Assembly: GCA_035693125.1 (NCBI GenBank)
Contig: DASSHB010000134.1
Location: 11,758-75,757, forward strand
Length of the DNA: 64,000 nt
From: Candidatus Limnocylindrales bacterium
Lineage (GTDB): Bacteria > Chloroflexota > Limnocylindria > Limnocylindrales > CSP1-4
Direction: 5' to 3'
Part shown: positions 35,319 through 45,588 of the stretch, one piece after another
Layout: each line of letters opens with the position of its first letter
Position numbering within the stretch: position 1 is the stretch's first letter
Notes under the pieces: model-generated
What the model saw: the letters and a program-made list of their open reading frames with translations, nothing else
What the model was told of the DNA's origin: nothing
Databases searched by the model: none
Translations under genes and position numbers: made by a program

Positions 35319-36377
35319 TTGGCCCAGCTCGCGGCGCGTAATGGGCGAACGCGGACCGTCACGACCCTCGAGGAAGTCGCCTCGCGGGCCGGCGTCTCGC
35401 GGGCCACCGTCAGCCGCGTAGTCAACGGCTCACCGAAGGTCTCCCCGGACGTCCGCCGCGACGTCGAGGCCGCCATCGCCGCCCTGGGCTACGTGCCCAA
35501 CCGTGCAGCCAGGAGCCTCGTCACCCGCCGCTCCGGATCGATCGGCGTCGTGATCTCGGAGCCCGCCGGCCGGCTCTTCTCCGATCCGTTCTTCCCGCGC
35601 CTCCTGCGCGGAATTAGCACGGCGCTCAGCGCTCGCGACCTCCAGCTCGTCCTCCTGATGCCGGCATCGCCGGCCGACACGGAGCGCACCGCGGACTACC
35701 TGGCGGCCGGGCACGTCGACGGGGCCCTCCTCGCCAGCCTCCACGGCGACGATCCCCTGCCCGATCGGATGGTCCGCGCCGGCATCCCCTTCGTCGTCGG
35801 CGGGCGGCCCCTCCGCGACATGGGGACGAGCCTCGTGGACGTCGACAACCGGGGCGGCGCACGGAGCGCGGTCGCCCACCTGATCGCCCGCGGCTGCCGG
35901 CGCGTGGCGACGATCGCCGGACCGGCCGACATGGGCGCCGGCGTCGATCGCCTGAACGGCTACCGCGACGCGCTCGGCGATGCGAACCGGGCGGTCGAGG
36001 ATCGACTGATCGAGACGGCCGATTTCACCCACGAAGGCGGTGCGGCCGCCATGGGACGACTGCTCAAGACCAGCCCCGACGTCGACGGCGTCTTCGCCGC
36101 GTCCGACCTCATGGCGGCCGGCGCGCTGGCGGTCCTGGACGCCGCCGGCCGACGTGTCCCCGACGATGTGGCGCTCGTCGGCTACGACGATTCTCCGATC
36201 GCCTCCACCGTGCGCCCACAGCTCACGAGCGTCCGCCAGCCGATCGAGGAGATGGGCCACGAGATGGCCCGCCTCCTGGTCGCTGCGGTCGAGGGCGACG
36301 ATCCCATTCAGCGCCGGGTCATCCTGGCCACCGAGCTGATCCGGCGCGCCTCGAGCGGCGGGAGGCGCCAGCCCTGA
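35319..36377 (+). CDS. LacI-family transcriptional regulator (start TTG 35319 preferred; track start 35268 would place O2 inside the CDS)
   Basis: HTH region TLEEVASRAGVSRATVSRVVNGSPKVSPDVRRDVEAAIAALGYVPNRAARSL plus a periplasmic-binding-fold core. GGAGGA lies 8 nt before the TTG. Confidence 0.85.
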   Translation: MAQLAARNGRTRTVTTLEEVASRAGVSRATVSRVVNGSPKVSPDVRRDVEAAIAALGYVPNRAARSLVTRRSGSIGVVISEPAGRLFSDPFFPRLLRGISTALSARDLQLVLLMPASPADTERTADYLAAGHVDGALLASLHGDDPLPDRMVRAGIPFVVGGRPLRDMGTSLVDVDNRGGARSAVAHLIARGCRRVATIAGPADMGAGVDRLNGYRDALGDANRAVEDRLIETADFTHEGGAAAMGRLLKTSPDVDGVFAASDLMAAGALAVLDAAGRRVPDDVALVGYDDSPIASTVRPQLTSVRQPIEEMGHEMARLLVAAVEGDDPIQRRVILATELIRRASSGGRRQP

Positions 36378-36486
36378 GCCGGCCGGCGACCGGCAGCCGT
36401 CGACGACCGTCGACCTCCCCGACCCAGGCGATCCAGACGACAGAGGGAACTCGATCGACACGTATCGCATAGAGGAGGAGCCCCCG

Positions 36487-38001
36487 ATGTTTCTGACCCG
36501 ATCCGGACCGCTCCGGACCGTCACGTTGCTGGCCTCCATGGCCGTCCTTGCCACCGCCTGCGGGACATCCGCATCGCCGAGCCCGAGCTCAGCGCCCTCC
36601 AGCGCGGCTTCGCAGGTCGCGGCCGCGACCCCGTCGCCGACCCCGCTCGTGAGCCAGGCCCCGATCGACACGAGCGCACCCGGCCCCAACGGCGGCGTCG
36701 TCGTCCGCTGGTTCGTCGGTCTCGGCGCCGGTGGCCAGCCGCAGCAGATCGCTGCGCAGACCCAGTTCGTGACCGACTTCAACAACGCCCAGAAGGACGT
36801 CTACATCTCGCTCGAGATCTACGACAACAAGGTCGCGGGCAACATCCTCAAGACGCAGATCGCCGCCGGCAACGCCCCGGACATCATCGGGCCGGTCGGC
36901 GTCGAGGGCCTGAACCTGTTCATCGACCAGCTGGCCGATCTCCAGCCCCTGATCGACTCGACCGGATACGACATGAGCAAGTACCCGGCCGCGATGAAGG
37001 ACTTCTTCAAGATCGGCAAGGGCGGCGCCACGATCGGCGTGCCGTTCGGGACCTACCCATCCTTCCTCTGGTACAACAAGAAGCTCTTCGACGAGGCCAA
37101 GCTGCCGTACCCGCCGACGAAGGTTGGCGACACGTACCAGGGCAAGCCATGGGATATGGCGGCCGTTCGCGAGATCGGCATGAAGCCGACCGTCGACAAG
37201 AACGGCAACGACGCCACGAGCTCCGACTTCGATGCGAACAACGTCGAGCAGTGGGGCTTCGACTCCCAGTACGCCGACAACAGCCCGACGGCCGAGACCG
37301 CGCTGTTCGGGGCCAGCTCGTTCCTGGCCGCTGACGGCAAGAGCGCCCAGATCCCGGACTCGCTGCGAACCGGCATCCACTGGTTCAACGACGGCGTCTG
37401 GAAGGATCACTTCATCCCCAACCAGAACCAGATCAACAGCGACCTGCTGGCCAAGGGCAGCGAGTTCGCATCCGGCAACCTCGCGATGGTCGAGATCCAC
37501 ACCTGGTTCACGTGCTGCGTGAACCCGGCGCCACCGGCCAAGCCCATCGTCGGCGACGACTTCGGCTGGGCGGTCGCTCCGTCGTACAACGGCAAGACCA
37601 CGGCCAAGCTGCATGCCGACACGTTCAGCATGCTCAAGACCACCAAGCACCCGGACCAGACCTTCAAGGCCCTCGCCGCGCTCGCTCAGTCCGGCGCCCT
37701 GGCCACGATCTATGGCGCCCTGCCGGCCGATCCGGCCCAGCAGCAGCCGTTCCAGGACGCGATCAACAAGCAGTTCCCGAACGCGGACCTCGACTGGTCG
37801 GTCCCGACCCAGATGCTCGCCAACCCGGACATCCCCAACCATCAGGCGTGGGTCCCCGACTACGCCAAGAGCAAGACCGCCTGGCAGGCGTTCGGCGTCG
37901 GCTACCGGACCAACCAGAGCGCCGACATCGACAAGGACCTGGACACGTTGAAGACCACCCTCCAGGGGATCTTCGACGCCGCCCCGGACAAGAACCCCTA
38001 G
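36487..38001 (+). CDS. Sugar ABC transporter extracellular solute-binding lipoprotein (504 aa)
   Basis: Lipobox LATAC with a Ser/Pro-rich linker. Family-1 SBP-like body. GAGGAGGAG lies upstream of the start. Confidence 0.8.
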   Translation: MFLTRSGPLRTVTLLASMAVLATACGTSASPSPSSAPSSAASQVAAATPSPTPLVSQAPIDTSAPGPNGGVVVRWFVGLGAGGQPQQIAAQTQFVTDFNNAQKDVYISLEIYDNKVAGNILKTQIAAGNAPDIIGPVGVEGLNLFIDQLADLQPLIDSTGYDMSKYPAAMKDFFKIGKGGATIGVPFGTYPSFLWYNKKLFDEAKLPYPPTKVGDTYQGKPWDMAAVREIGMKPTVDKNGNDATSSDFDANNVEQWGFDSQYADNSPTAETALFGASSFLAADGKSAQIPDSLRTGIHWFNDGVWKDHFIPNQNQINSDLLAKGSEFASGNLAMVEIHTWFTCCVNPAPPAKPIVGDDFGWAVAPSYNGKTTAKLHADTFSMLKTTKHPDQTFKALAALAQSGALATIYGALPADPAQQQPFQDAINKQFPNADLDWSVPTQMLANPDIPNHQAWVPDYAKSKTAWQAFGVGYRTNQSADIDKDLDTLKTTLQGIFDAAPDKNP

Positions 38002-38019
38002 TCAACCTCCTCCACGGCA

Positions 38020-38053
38020 CCTCCCGGGCGGTTCTCCCCCTCCGCCCGGGAGG
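38020..38053 (+). terminator. Stem-loop directly after the sugar SBP gene
   Basis: Perfect 12-bp stem cctcccgggcgg / ccgcccgggagg with a 10-nt loop. No U-tract. Confidence 0.45.
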
Positions 38054-38108
38054 CATGCCGATCCGTCACCATCGATCCCCCATCCCGAACAGGGAGCCAC
38101 GGCCGACC

Positions 38109-39065
38109 ATGACCGCGACGATCGAGGAGTTGGAGCCGCCGAGGCCACCCGCGCGCAGCCTGACCATCCGGCCGTCCGTTCGTGAGGCGCTCTGGGGATT
38201 CGTGTTCATCGGGCCATGGCTGATCGGGCTCGTCCTGTTCACGGCAGGACCGATGCTCGTCTCGCTGCTGCTGTCGATCACGGACTTCAACCTCGTCCGG
38301 CCCGAGGCCACGAAGTTCGTCGGGCTCGACAACTACCTCCGGCTCGCGAGCGACCCCACGATCGGCCAGTCGCTGGTCGCCACGTTCAAGTTCGCGGTCC
38401 TCGCGATCCCGATCACGATGGTCGCCAGCCTGGGCTTCGCCGTGCTGCTGAACCATCCGAAGCTCGCCTTCAAGGGCCCGCTCCGGGCCCTCGTCTACCT
38501 GCCGGTGATGATCCCGCTCGTCGCCTCGACCCTCGTCTGGATCGGCTTCCTGAACACCGAGACCGGCTGGCTGAACGCGATCCTCCGGGCCGTCGGCCTC
38601 CCGAAGATCGACTGGATCAACAGTGAGGCCTGGATCTACCCGGCCCTGTCGCTCATGGGCCTGTGGGGGATCGGCAACTTCATGCTGATCAACATCGCCG
38701 GTCTCCAATCGGTCCCGACCGAGCTGTACGAGGCGGCACGGATGGACGGGGCCGGAGCCTGGACGCAGTTCCGCCGGATCACGATCCCGCTGATGTCGCC
38801 GGTCCTCCTCTACAACCTGGTGATCATCCTGATCGGGACCTTCCAGTACTTCACCCAGGCGTTCGTGCTGACGAACGGTCGCGGCGACCCGAACAACTCG
38901 ACGTTGTTCATGAACCTCGTGCTGTACCGCGAGGGCTTCATCTTCAACCACATGGGCTACGCGGCGGCGATCGCCTGGCTGCTGTTCGTGATCGTGCTGG
39001 CGCTGACGCTCATCCTCTTCGCCTTCGCCCGGCGCCGGGTCTACTACGCCGGCGGCGAGCGATGA
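38109..39065 (+). CDS. Carbohydrate ABC transporter permease (MalF/BPD type)
   Basis: Multi-TM protein with the EAA-like segment ELYEAARMDGAGAWTQFRRITIPL. Start re-set to MTATIEELEP. Confidence 0.85.
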   Translation: MTATIEELEPPRPPARSLTIRPSVREALWGFVFIGPWLIGLVLFTAGPMLVSLLLSITDFNLVRPEATKFVGLDNYLRLASDPTIGQSLVATFKFAVLAIPITMVASLGFAVLLNHPKLAFKGPLRALVYLPVMIPLVASTLVWIGFLNTETGWLNAILRAVGLPKIDWINSEAWIYPALSLMGLWGIGNFMLINIAGLQSVPTELYEAARMDGAGAWTQFRRITIPLMSPVLLYNLVIILIGTFQYFTQAFVLTNGRGDPNNSTLFMNLVLYREGFIFNHMGYAAAIAWLLFVIVLALTLILFAFARRRVYYAGGER

Positions 39066-40147
39066 CCGCGGTGGCCCGCGCGGAGGGCCGCTCCTTCAGC
39101 GACCGCTCCCCCGTCGCGAAGTCCTACCGCCGGTTCCTGGGCCGGGCGTCGATCCTGATGTTCGCGCTCGTCATCATCAGCGCCTACCTGCTGCCGCTGC
39201 TGTACATGGTCACGACCGCGTTCCAGCAACCGGGCCAGTCGACGACGCCGGGCGCTCCGGCCTACCCGGCGGCGCCCCAGACCGCGACCTACCAGGGCCA
39301 GGACTACCCGGTCTACAGCGTGCCGATGCCCGATGGCTCCACCCGCCAGCTGATCCTCGTGGAGCCGGGTCGCGAATCGAGCGTGTTCGTGGACCCGAGC
39401 GACGCGGCCCAGACGCGGATCGAGTGGCAGGGCCGCTGGCGGACCCTCCAGCAGGCCTGGACGTTCGCCCCGATCGTCGACAACTTCACGACCGCCTGGA
39501 ACCAGCTGAACTTCCCGCGCCTCCTCCGGAACACGTTCCTGATCGCGCTGCTGTCCACGATCGGGGCCGTGGTCTCGTCGATGCTCGTGGCCTACGGCTT
39601 CGCCCGCTTCCGGTTCCGCGGCAAGAATGCCCTCTTCGTGATCCTGATCGCGACGATCATCCTGCCGTTCCAGGTCACGCTGATCCCGCAGTACGTGCTG
39701 TTCACCTGGCTCGGCTGGAACGGGACGTGGCTGCCACTGATCATCCCGCACTGCTTCGCGAACGCCTACAACGTCTTCCTGCTCCGCCAGTACTTCCTGT
39801 CGATCCCGCGCGAGCTCGACGAGGCCGCGATGATCGATGGCGCCGGGCCGTTCCGGGTCCTGCGCTCGGTGATCGTGCCGCAGTCCGTGGCGGCGATCAC
39901 CGCGGTCGCCCTGTTCCACTTCTTCTTCGCCTGGAACGACTTTTTCGTCCCGCTCCTGTACCTGTCCTCGAAGCCCGAGCTCCAGCCGCTGTCGATCGCG
40001 ATCCAGCAGTACAACGCGCTGTACGCGACGCAGCCGACGCTCATCCAGGCGTCCGCCCTGATGACGATGGCGGTGCCGATCGTCGTGTTCCTGCTCGCCC
40101 AGCGGGCGTTCATGCGCGGCGTCGTCATCACCGGCGTCGAGAAGTGA
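39062..40147 (+). CDS. Carbohydrate ABC transporter permease (MalG type)
   Basis: EAA-like segment ELDEAAMIDGAGPFRVLRSVIVPQ. The ATG overlaps the previous stop (ATGA). Confidence 0.85.
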   Translation: MTAVARAEGRSFSDRSPVAKSYRRFLGRASILMFALVIISAYLLPLLYMVTTAFQQPGQSTTPGAPAYPAAPQTATYQGQDYPVYSVPMPDGSTRQLILVEPGRESSVFVDPSDAAQTRIEWQGRWRTLQQAWTFAPIVDNFTTAWNQLNFPRLLRNTFLIALLSTIGAVVSSMLVAYGFARFRFRGKNALFVILIATIILPFQVTLIPQYVLFTWLGWNGTWLPLIIPHCFANAYNVFLLRQYFLSIPRELDEAAMIDGAGPFRVLRSVIVPQSVAAITAVALFHFFFAWNDFFVPLLYLSSKPELQPLSIAIQQYNALYATQPTLIQASALMTMAVPIVVFLLAQRAFMRGVVITGVEK

Positions 40148-42504
40148 CGTCCGTCGAGGAGGCGGCCAGCGGCGGGCCTTCGAACGGCGGCGACTGGCCG
40201 GCGATCCCGCGCGCGGCGTGGTCGCGCGGGATCGGCGTTCCCTGCCCCGAGGCGGGCCACCCGCGCGTTCCCCATCCGATCCTCGACGAGGGCGAGTTCC
40301 ACGGCGTGCCGCTCGGCGGGCTCGGGACGGGGAGCATCGGCCGGACGTACCGCGGCGACGCGGCGCGCTGGCACCTGGAGGTGGGGCGCCACCGCCACGA
40401 GCCGGTCGCGGCCGACGGCTTCTCGCTGTTCGTCGCCGGGCCGGAGGGACCCCGGCGCGCCGTCGTCCTGTCCGCGCTCCGACCGGGCGCCGCCGAGCTG
40501 CCCGCCTGGGGCTGGGACCTGCCGGTCGGCGGCGGGACCTACCACGCGCTGTTCCCGCGGGCATGGCAGACGTTCGAGCCGGAAGCGACGGGCGGTGTCC
40601 GGATCATCGCGGAGCAGCTGTCGCCGGTGATCGGCGGCGACCTCGAGCGGAGCGCCCTCCCATGCGGGGTGCTCGAGTGGTGGCTGGAGAACCCCGGGCC
40701 CGACCAACTGACGGTCGGGCTCCTGTTCACCTGGGCGGATCCACCCGGAGCGTCCGGAGCCGCGCCGGCGCGCCCCCATCGCGTCATTCGGTCGGCCGCG
40801 GGTGTCGCGCTCGAGCTGGGCGATCCGGGCGACGGCGCGCCCACCGGCCTGCGTGGGACCTTCGCGATCGCGGCGGCGGCCGGCGACGGAATCGCCTTGT
40901 CCGCGCGCGCGGCGTTCGACCCGATCGCGGACGAAGCGCTCTGGACGGATTTCGCGGCGGACGGTCGCCTCGACCCGGGCCCGGCGGAGGAGCCGGCCGG
41001 GACGGACGCGGCCGGGGCGGCGATCGCCGCCACCGTCGAGCTCGCGCCGGGCGAGCGTCGCTCGATCCGCTTCTCGATGGCGTGGGATCTGCCGACGGTC
41101 GAGTTCGGGAGCGGGCGACGCTGGTGGAAGCGCTACACCCGGGCCTGGGGCCGGTCGGGCGAGCGGGCCGTCGAGCTCGCCTGGCATGCCATCGCCGACG
41201 CGGCCGCGTGGCGGCGCGCGATCGAGGCGTGGCAGGCGCCGTACCTCGAGGACCCGGAGCGGCCGGACTGGTACGTCATGGCGCTCTTCAACGAGCTCTA
41301 CTTCCTCGTCGACGGCGGCACGTTCTGGGAGGCCGGCGAGGTCGGCGGCGCGGAGCCCAAGCCCGAGGATCCCGGACGGTTCGCGCTCCTCGAATGCGTC
41401 GACTACCCGTTCTACGACACGGTGGACGTCGACTTCTACGCGTCGTGGGCGCTCCTGGAGCTGTTCCCGGCGCTCGAGCTGCGCGGGATCCGCGACCTCC
41501 TCGCCGCGATCCCCGTGGACGACCCGGACGTGGTCACGATCGAGGCGTCCGGGGCCCGCGCCCGACGCAAGCTCGGCGGGACCGTTCCCCATGACATCGG
41601 CGGCCCGGATGAGGACCCGTTCGTGCGCCCGAACCGCTACCACTTCCAGGATGTGAACGGCTGGAAGGACCTGGGTCCGAAGTTCGTGCTCCAGGCTTGG
41701 CGCGACGCGGCCGCCGCGGGGAAGGAAGACGGCGACGGGTTGATCCGCGCCGCCTGGCCGACCGTGCTCGACGTGATGACCCGACTCCAGCGAGCCGATC
41801 GCGACGGCGACGGGCTGCCCGAGCACGACGGCCTCCCGGACCAGACATACGACACGTGGCCCATGCGCGGGCCGTCGGCCTACGGCGGATCGCTCTGGCT
41901 GGCGGCCGTCGCCGCGACCGAGGCGATGGCCGGGCGGCTGGGCCTGGACGAGGCGGCGCGGACCTGGGGTGCCACGTTCGAGCGGGCGCAGATCGCGTTC
42001 GACCGGCGCCTGTGGCGGCAGGACCACTATGCCTACGACGACGGCGGCGGCCCCAGCTCCGACTCGGTGATGGCGGACCAGCTCGCGGGCCAGTGGTACG
42101 CCGACGCGACCGGGCTCGGCGATCTCCTCCCTGCGGATCGCGTCGACGCGGCGCTGCGGACGGTGCATCGCCTGAACGTCTGCTCGCACGCCGGCGGCGC
42201 GATGGGTCCGGTCAACGGCATGCGCCCGGACGGAACCGTCGACGACTCGAGCGAGCAGTCGGCCGAGGTCTGGGCCGGGACGGCCTACGCGCTCGCCGCG
42301 TTCATGATCGGCCGAGGCCTGGTCGACGAGGGCTGGGACACCGCCCGCGGCGTCGTCCGCACCACGTACGAGCGTGGGCTGTGGTTCCGGACGCCCGAGG
42401 CGTACGACGCGGACGGCAACTTCCGCGCCACGATCTATCTCCGCCCGCTCGCGATCTGGGCAATCGAGGACTCGCTCCGGCGGCGACGCGCCCTCCAGGG
42501 CTGA
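40144..42504 (+). CDS. GH116-family beta-glucosidase (GBA2/glucosylceramidase type), no signal peptide
   Basis: N-terminal GVPLGGLGTGSIGRTYRGDAARWHL motif. C-terminal DUF608-like region (YDTWPMRGPSAYGGSLWLAAVAA). The GTG overlaps the permease stop (GTGA). Confidence 0.85.
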   Translation: MTSVEEAASGGPSNGGDWPAIPRAAWSRGIGVPCPEAGHPRVPHPILDEGEFHGVPLGGLGTGSIGRTYRGDAARWHLEVGRHRHEPVAADGFSLFVAGPEGPRRAVVLSALRPGAAELPAWGWDLPVGGGTYHALFPRAWQTFEPEATGGVRIIAEQLSPVIGGDLERSALPCGVLEWWLENPGPDQLTVGLLFTWADPPGASGAAPARPHRVIRSAAGVALELGDPGDGAPTGLRGTFAIAAAAGDGIALSARAAFDPIADEALWTDFAADGRLDPGPAEEPAGTDAAGAAIAATVELAPGERRSIRFSMAWDLPTVEFGSGRRWWKRYTRAWGRSGERAVELAWHAIADAAAWRRAIEAWQAPYLEDPERPDWYVMALFNELYFLVDGGTFWEAGEVGGAEPKPEDPGRFALLECVDYPFYDTVDVDFYASWALLELFPALELRGIRDLLAAIPVDDPDVVTIEASGARARRKLGGTVPHDIGGPDEDPFVRPNRYHFQDVNGWKDLGPKFVLQAWRDAAAAGKEDGDGLIRAAWPTVLDVMTRLQRADRDGDGLPEHDGLPDQTYDTWPMRGPSAYGGSLWLAAVAATEAMAGRLGLDEAARTWGATFERAQIAFDRRLWRQDHYAYDDGGGPSSDSVMADQLAGQWYADATGLGDLLPADRVDAALRTVHRLNVCSHAGGAMGPVNGMRPDGTVDDSSEQSAEVWAGTAYALAAFMIGRGLVDEGWDTARGVVRTTYERGLWFRTPEAYDADGNFRATIYLRPLAIWAIEDSLRRRRALQG

Positions 42505-42612
42505 CGCCTGGGCGTCGGGCCCGGGCACGACCGGCCGGGCGTCCGGCGGCCGAGGCCCCGGCGGCCGAGGCGCCCTCCGACGAGCTCGTGCGCGCCGGCT
42601 AGCGGGCGATCG

Positions 42613-45525
42613 TCAGCGGCCCGCGTCCGCGGCGACCCGCGCGGTCGTGGCGGCCGCCGGCGCGCCGGCCAACACGCCGATCGCCCACGCGGCGATCTCG
42701 GCGCGGCGCGACACCCCGAGCTTCGCGAGGATGTGCTCGACGTGGGCGCTCGCGGTCTTCGGCGAGATCCCCAGCTCGTCGGCGAGCTCCGCGTTCGTGC
42801 GGCCCTCGGCGATCTTCCGGGCGACCTCGAACTCACGGGTCGTCAGCGGGTGCCAGCGCTCCAGCTGCTCGCCGCGACCCTTCGCCACGCGCGACAGCTG
42901 GGCGGCCCGTGCGAGGAGCGGCTCGCTTCCTAGCTCGGTCGCCGCGGCCTGGACTTCGCGGATCAGGCCCGCGGCGTCCGCGTAGCGGTTCGAGCGCAGG
43001 AGGACGCCGGCAAGGTCGAGCCGGGCCCACAGCGCCTCCCAGCGCCGGCCTCGGGCGTCCCACAGCTCGATCGCCGTCTCGAAGGCCGTCCGCGCCGCCG
43101 TCGTCGATCCCTCGGACAGGCGGACGAGTCCGGTCGCATGGACGATCGCCGGCTTGGCCACCTCCGCGCCAGGCCCGATCGCGCGCAGGAACTGCTCGAG
43201 GAACCGTGCGGCGTCGTCGGGCCGGCCGGCCGCGATGTGGGCCCGCACGCCGGTGACCGCGAACGGTGCGACATGCATCCATTCGTTGCCTTCGCGAGCG
43301 GATCGGAGCGCGTCCTCGCTGCGCGTCGCTGCCGCGTCGGCATCCCCGTCGAGGAGGGCCGCCTCGGCCAGGCCCCACTCGGCCGGGAGCGCCATGTCGA
43401 GGAACCCGGCGCGTCGGGCGAACTCCGCTGCCGGAAGCAGGTGCGCCTCGGCCTCGGCCCGCCGTCCGCGGCAGGCCTCGACGTAGCCCATCGCCCAGTG
43501 GGCCATGGCTCGCGTGCTGCTCCAGCCGGCGTCGCTGACCGTCTGACCTCCTTGCCGGAACGCGTCATCCCAGCGGCCGCTCGCCCACGAGACGACCGCC
43601 TGGCCCGACTGCAGCCAGTGACCGCAGAAGGTCTGTTCGACGGATTCCGCGTAGCGCAGGCCTTCATCGATCGCGTCGCTCGCGGCGCGGTAGTCGAGCG
43701 CCCGGATCGCATAGATGGCCGCGTATCGATAGCAGGAGACCCCCGAGTCCTCGTCGCCTCGGCCGCGGACGACCTCGCCGAGCGACCGGATGGCCGCGAG
43801 ACCTTCGGTCACCCGGCCGTCGATCACATCGAGCTGCGCCAGGTAGCTCTCGACCCACTGGCGGCCGGAGGCGCCGTGGATTTGGACCGAGACCTCCCCT
43901 GCCTCGAGATACAACCGGCGGGCTTCGGCGTACTGTCCGGCGTCGAGCTCGATCAGCCCGAGGTAGCGGAGGCAGATCACCCGGAACACCTCGCGTTCCT
44001 TGCTCGGAGGCGCAGCGTCGATCTCGTTGTGGAGCTGCCGGCCCAGATCCCGGCGCCTCGCCATCGGGTCGCCTTCTCGTCGACTGACCTCGTTCAGGTT
44101 CACGAGACCCTCGATCGCGCCGAGGTGGTCCCCAATCCGAAGGGCGAGCTCGCGCGCGCGCATCGCAAGCTCGGCCGACAGGGCGTTCGCGTCGACGTTG
44201 CCGGCCGCATCGGAATACAGGAGGTAGAGCCGGACACGCTCCTCGTCCGTGAGCGATGGCGGCTCATTGTCGATCGCTCGGCGCATCAGCTCGAACGCCT
44301 CGCGATGCGACGACATCGCCATCGCCTCCTTCGCGGCCGCCAGCGCCGTCCGGAACGCCTCCTCGGACATGCCTGCCCGCTCGAAATGGACGGACGCGTG
44401 GATCGACGACGCGCCCTCGAGCTGGGCGCCGAACTCCGCGGCCCGAGCGTGGTAGCGCCGGCGCTCGCTCGCGGTCACCGACCGGTACAGCGCGTCGCGC
44501 AGGAGCTGGTGGCGGAAGTCGTACTGCTTGTTGTCCCGGACCGGGTCGAGCACGTCGTGGTCGACGAGCTCCTGGATCGGATCGTCGAGCGACTCCACGG
44601 GCAGGTTCATGATCCCGGCCAGAACGCTCGGAACGAACGACCGGCCCAGGACCGCCCCGGCGCGGGCGACGGCCTGGGCGTCCGGCGACAGGCGGCGGAT
44701 CCGCGTCAGCGTGGCGTCCTCGAGGGTCTCGGGCACGGCCGCGTCGCGCACCGCTCCGCTGTCGACGAGGCGCTCCCGGCCGAGCGCGCTCAGCAGCTCC
44801 TCGACGTGGAGCGGCACGCCGTCGGTGCGTGCGTAGACCGCGTCGACCACCTCGCGCGGTGCGGGCAGGCCGTTGGCGAGGATCAGCGTCGTCATCAGGG
44901 CCGTGTCGTCGCGGCTGAGGCGGCTCAGGCGGACTTCCTCGGCGATCCGCTGGGTGACGAGGCGGGACCGCCACTCGCGGAGGCTCGGCGTGTTGAGCGC
45001 CTCGTTGCTCCGGTACGCCCCCACGAGGAACAGGGGAACGTCGCGCGTCTGGCGGGCGAGGTCCGTCAGCGTCTCGAGGCTCAGATCGTCCGCCCACTGG
45101 AGGTCCTCGAACAGCAGGGCCGTCGGGACGGTGGACCCGCCGAGGAGGTCGACGATCTCCATCACCATGTCGCGCCGTCGGGCGACCTGAGCGCTCAGGC
45201 GCCCTTCGGTCAGCTCGAGGAGGTCACGGCCCATCGAGCCGAACGCGGGATCGCGGCGCATCGAGCGGGCCAGGTCGAGGAGCGAGGCGGCAAGGACGTC
45301 GCGGTCCTGTGGCGCCAGGTCCGACCCGGCGACCCGGAATCCACGCTCCGTCGCGAGCTGCCGGATGGCCGCCAGCAGGCGGGTCTTGCCGATCCCGGCC
45401 TCGCCCGACAGGAGCAGGAGCTGCCCGTGGCCGGCCCGGACCTCGTCGAGCCGTCGCTCCGCGACGGCGATCAGGTCGTCGCGGCCGACGATGACCGGCG
45501 ACAGGAGCGATTCCGTCTGTGACAT
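42613..45525 (-). CDS. LAL-type regulator: N-terminal AAA/STAND ATPase, TPR-like middle region, C-terminal LuxR HTH
   Basis: Walker A LLLLSGEAGIGKTRLL and Walker B ALLFEDLQWAD. C-terminus LTTREFEVARKIAEGRTNAELADELGISPKTASAHVEHILAKLG. Confidence 0.85.
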   Translation of the reverse strand: MSQTESLLSPVIVGRDDLIAVAERRLDEVRAGHGQLLLLSGEAGIGKTRLLAAIRQLATERGFRVAGSDLAPQDRDVLAASLLDLARSMRRDPAFGSMGRDLLELTEGRLSAQVARRRDMVMEIVDLLGGSTVPTALLFEDLQWADDLSLETLTDLARQTRDVPLFLVGAYRSNEALNTPSLREWRSRLVTQRIAEEVRLSRLSRDDTALMTTLILANGLPAPREVVDAVYARTDGVPLHVEELLSALGRERLVDSGAVRDAAVPETLEDATLTRIRRLSPDAQAVARAGAVLGRSFVPSVLAGIMNLPVESLDDPIQELVDHDVLDPVRDNKQYDFRHQLLRDALYRSVTASERRRYHARAAEFGAQLEGASSIHASVHFERAGMSEEAFRTALAAAKEAMAMSSHREAFELMRRAIDNEPPSLTDEERVRLYLLYSDAAGNVDANALSAELAMRARELALRIGDHLGAIEGLVNLNEVSRREGDPMARRRDLGRQLHNEIDAAPPSKEREVFRVICLRYLGLIELDAGQYAEARRLYLEAGEVSVQIHGASGRQWVESYLAQLDVIDGRVTEGLAAIRSLGEVVRGRGDEDSGVSCYRYAAIYAIRALDYRAASDAIDEGLRYAESVEQTFCGHWLQSGQAVVSWASGRWDDAFRQGGQTVSDAGWSSTRAMAHWAMGYVEACRGRRAEAEAHLLPAAEFARRAGFLDMALPAEWGLAEAALLDGDADAAATRSEDALRSAREGNEWMHVAPFAVTGVRAHIAAGRPDDAARFLEQFLRAIGPGAEVAKPAIVHATGLVRLSEGSTTAARTAFETAIELWDARGRRWEALWARLDLAGVLLRSNRYADAAGLIREVQAAATELGSEPLLARAAQLSRVAKGRGEQLERWHPLTTREFEVARKIAEGRTNAELADELGISPKTASAHVEHILAKLGVSRRAEIAAWAIGVLAGAPAAATTARVAADAGR

Positions 45526-45588
45526 GGCCGCAGTCTACGAGCCCGGACGGGCCGTCTCATCGGTCCTTCGACCGATGCGGTCCCGTGG

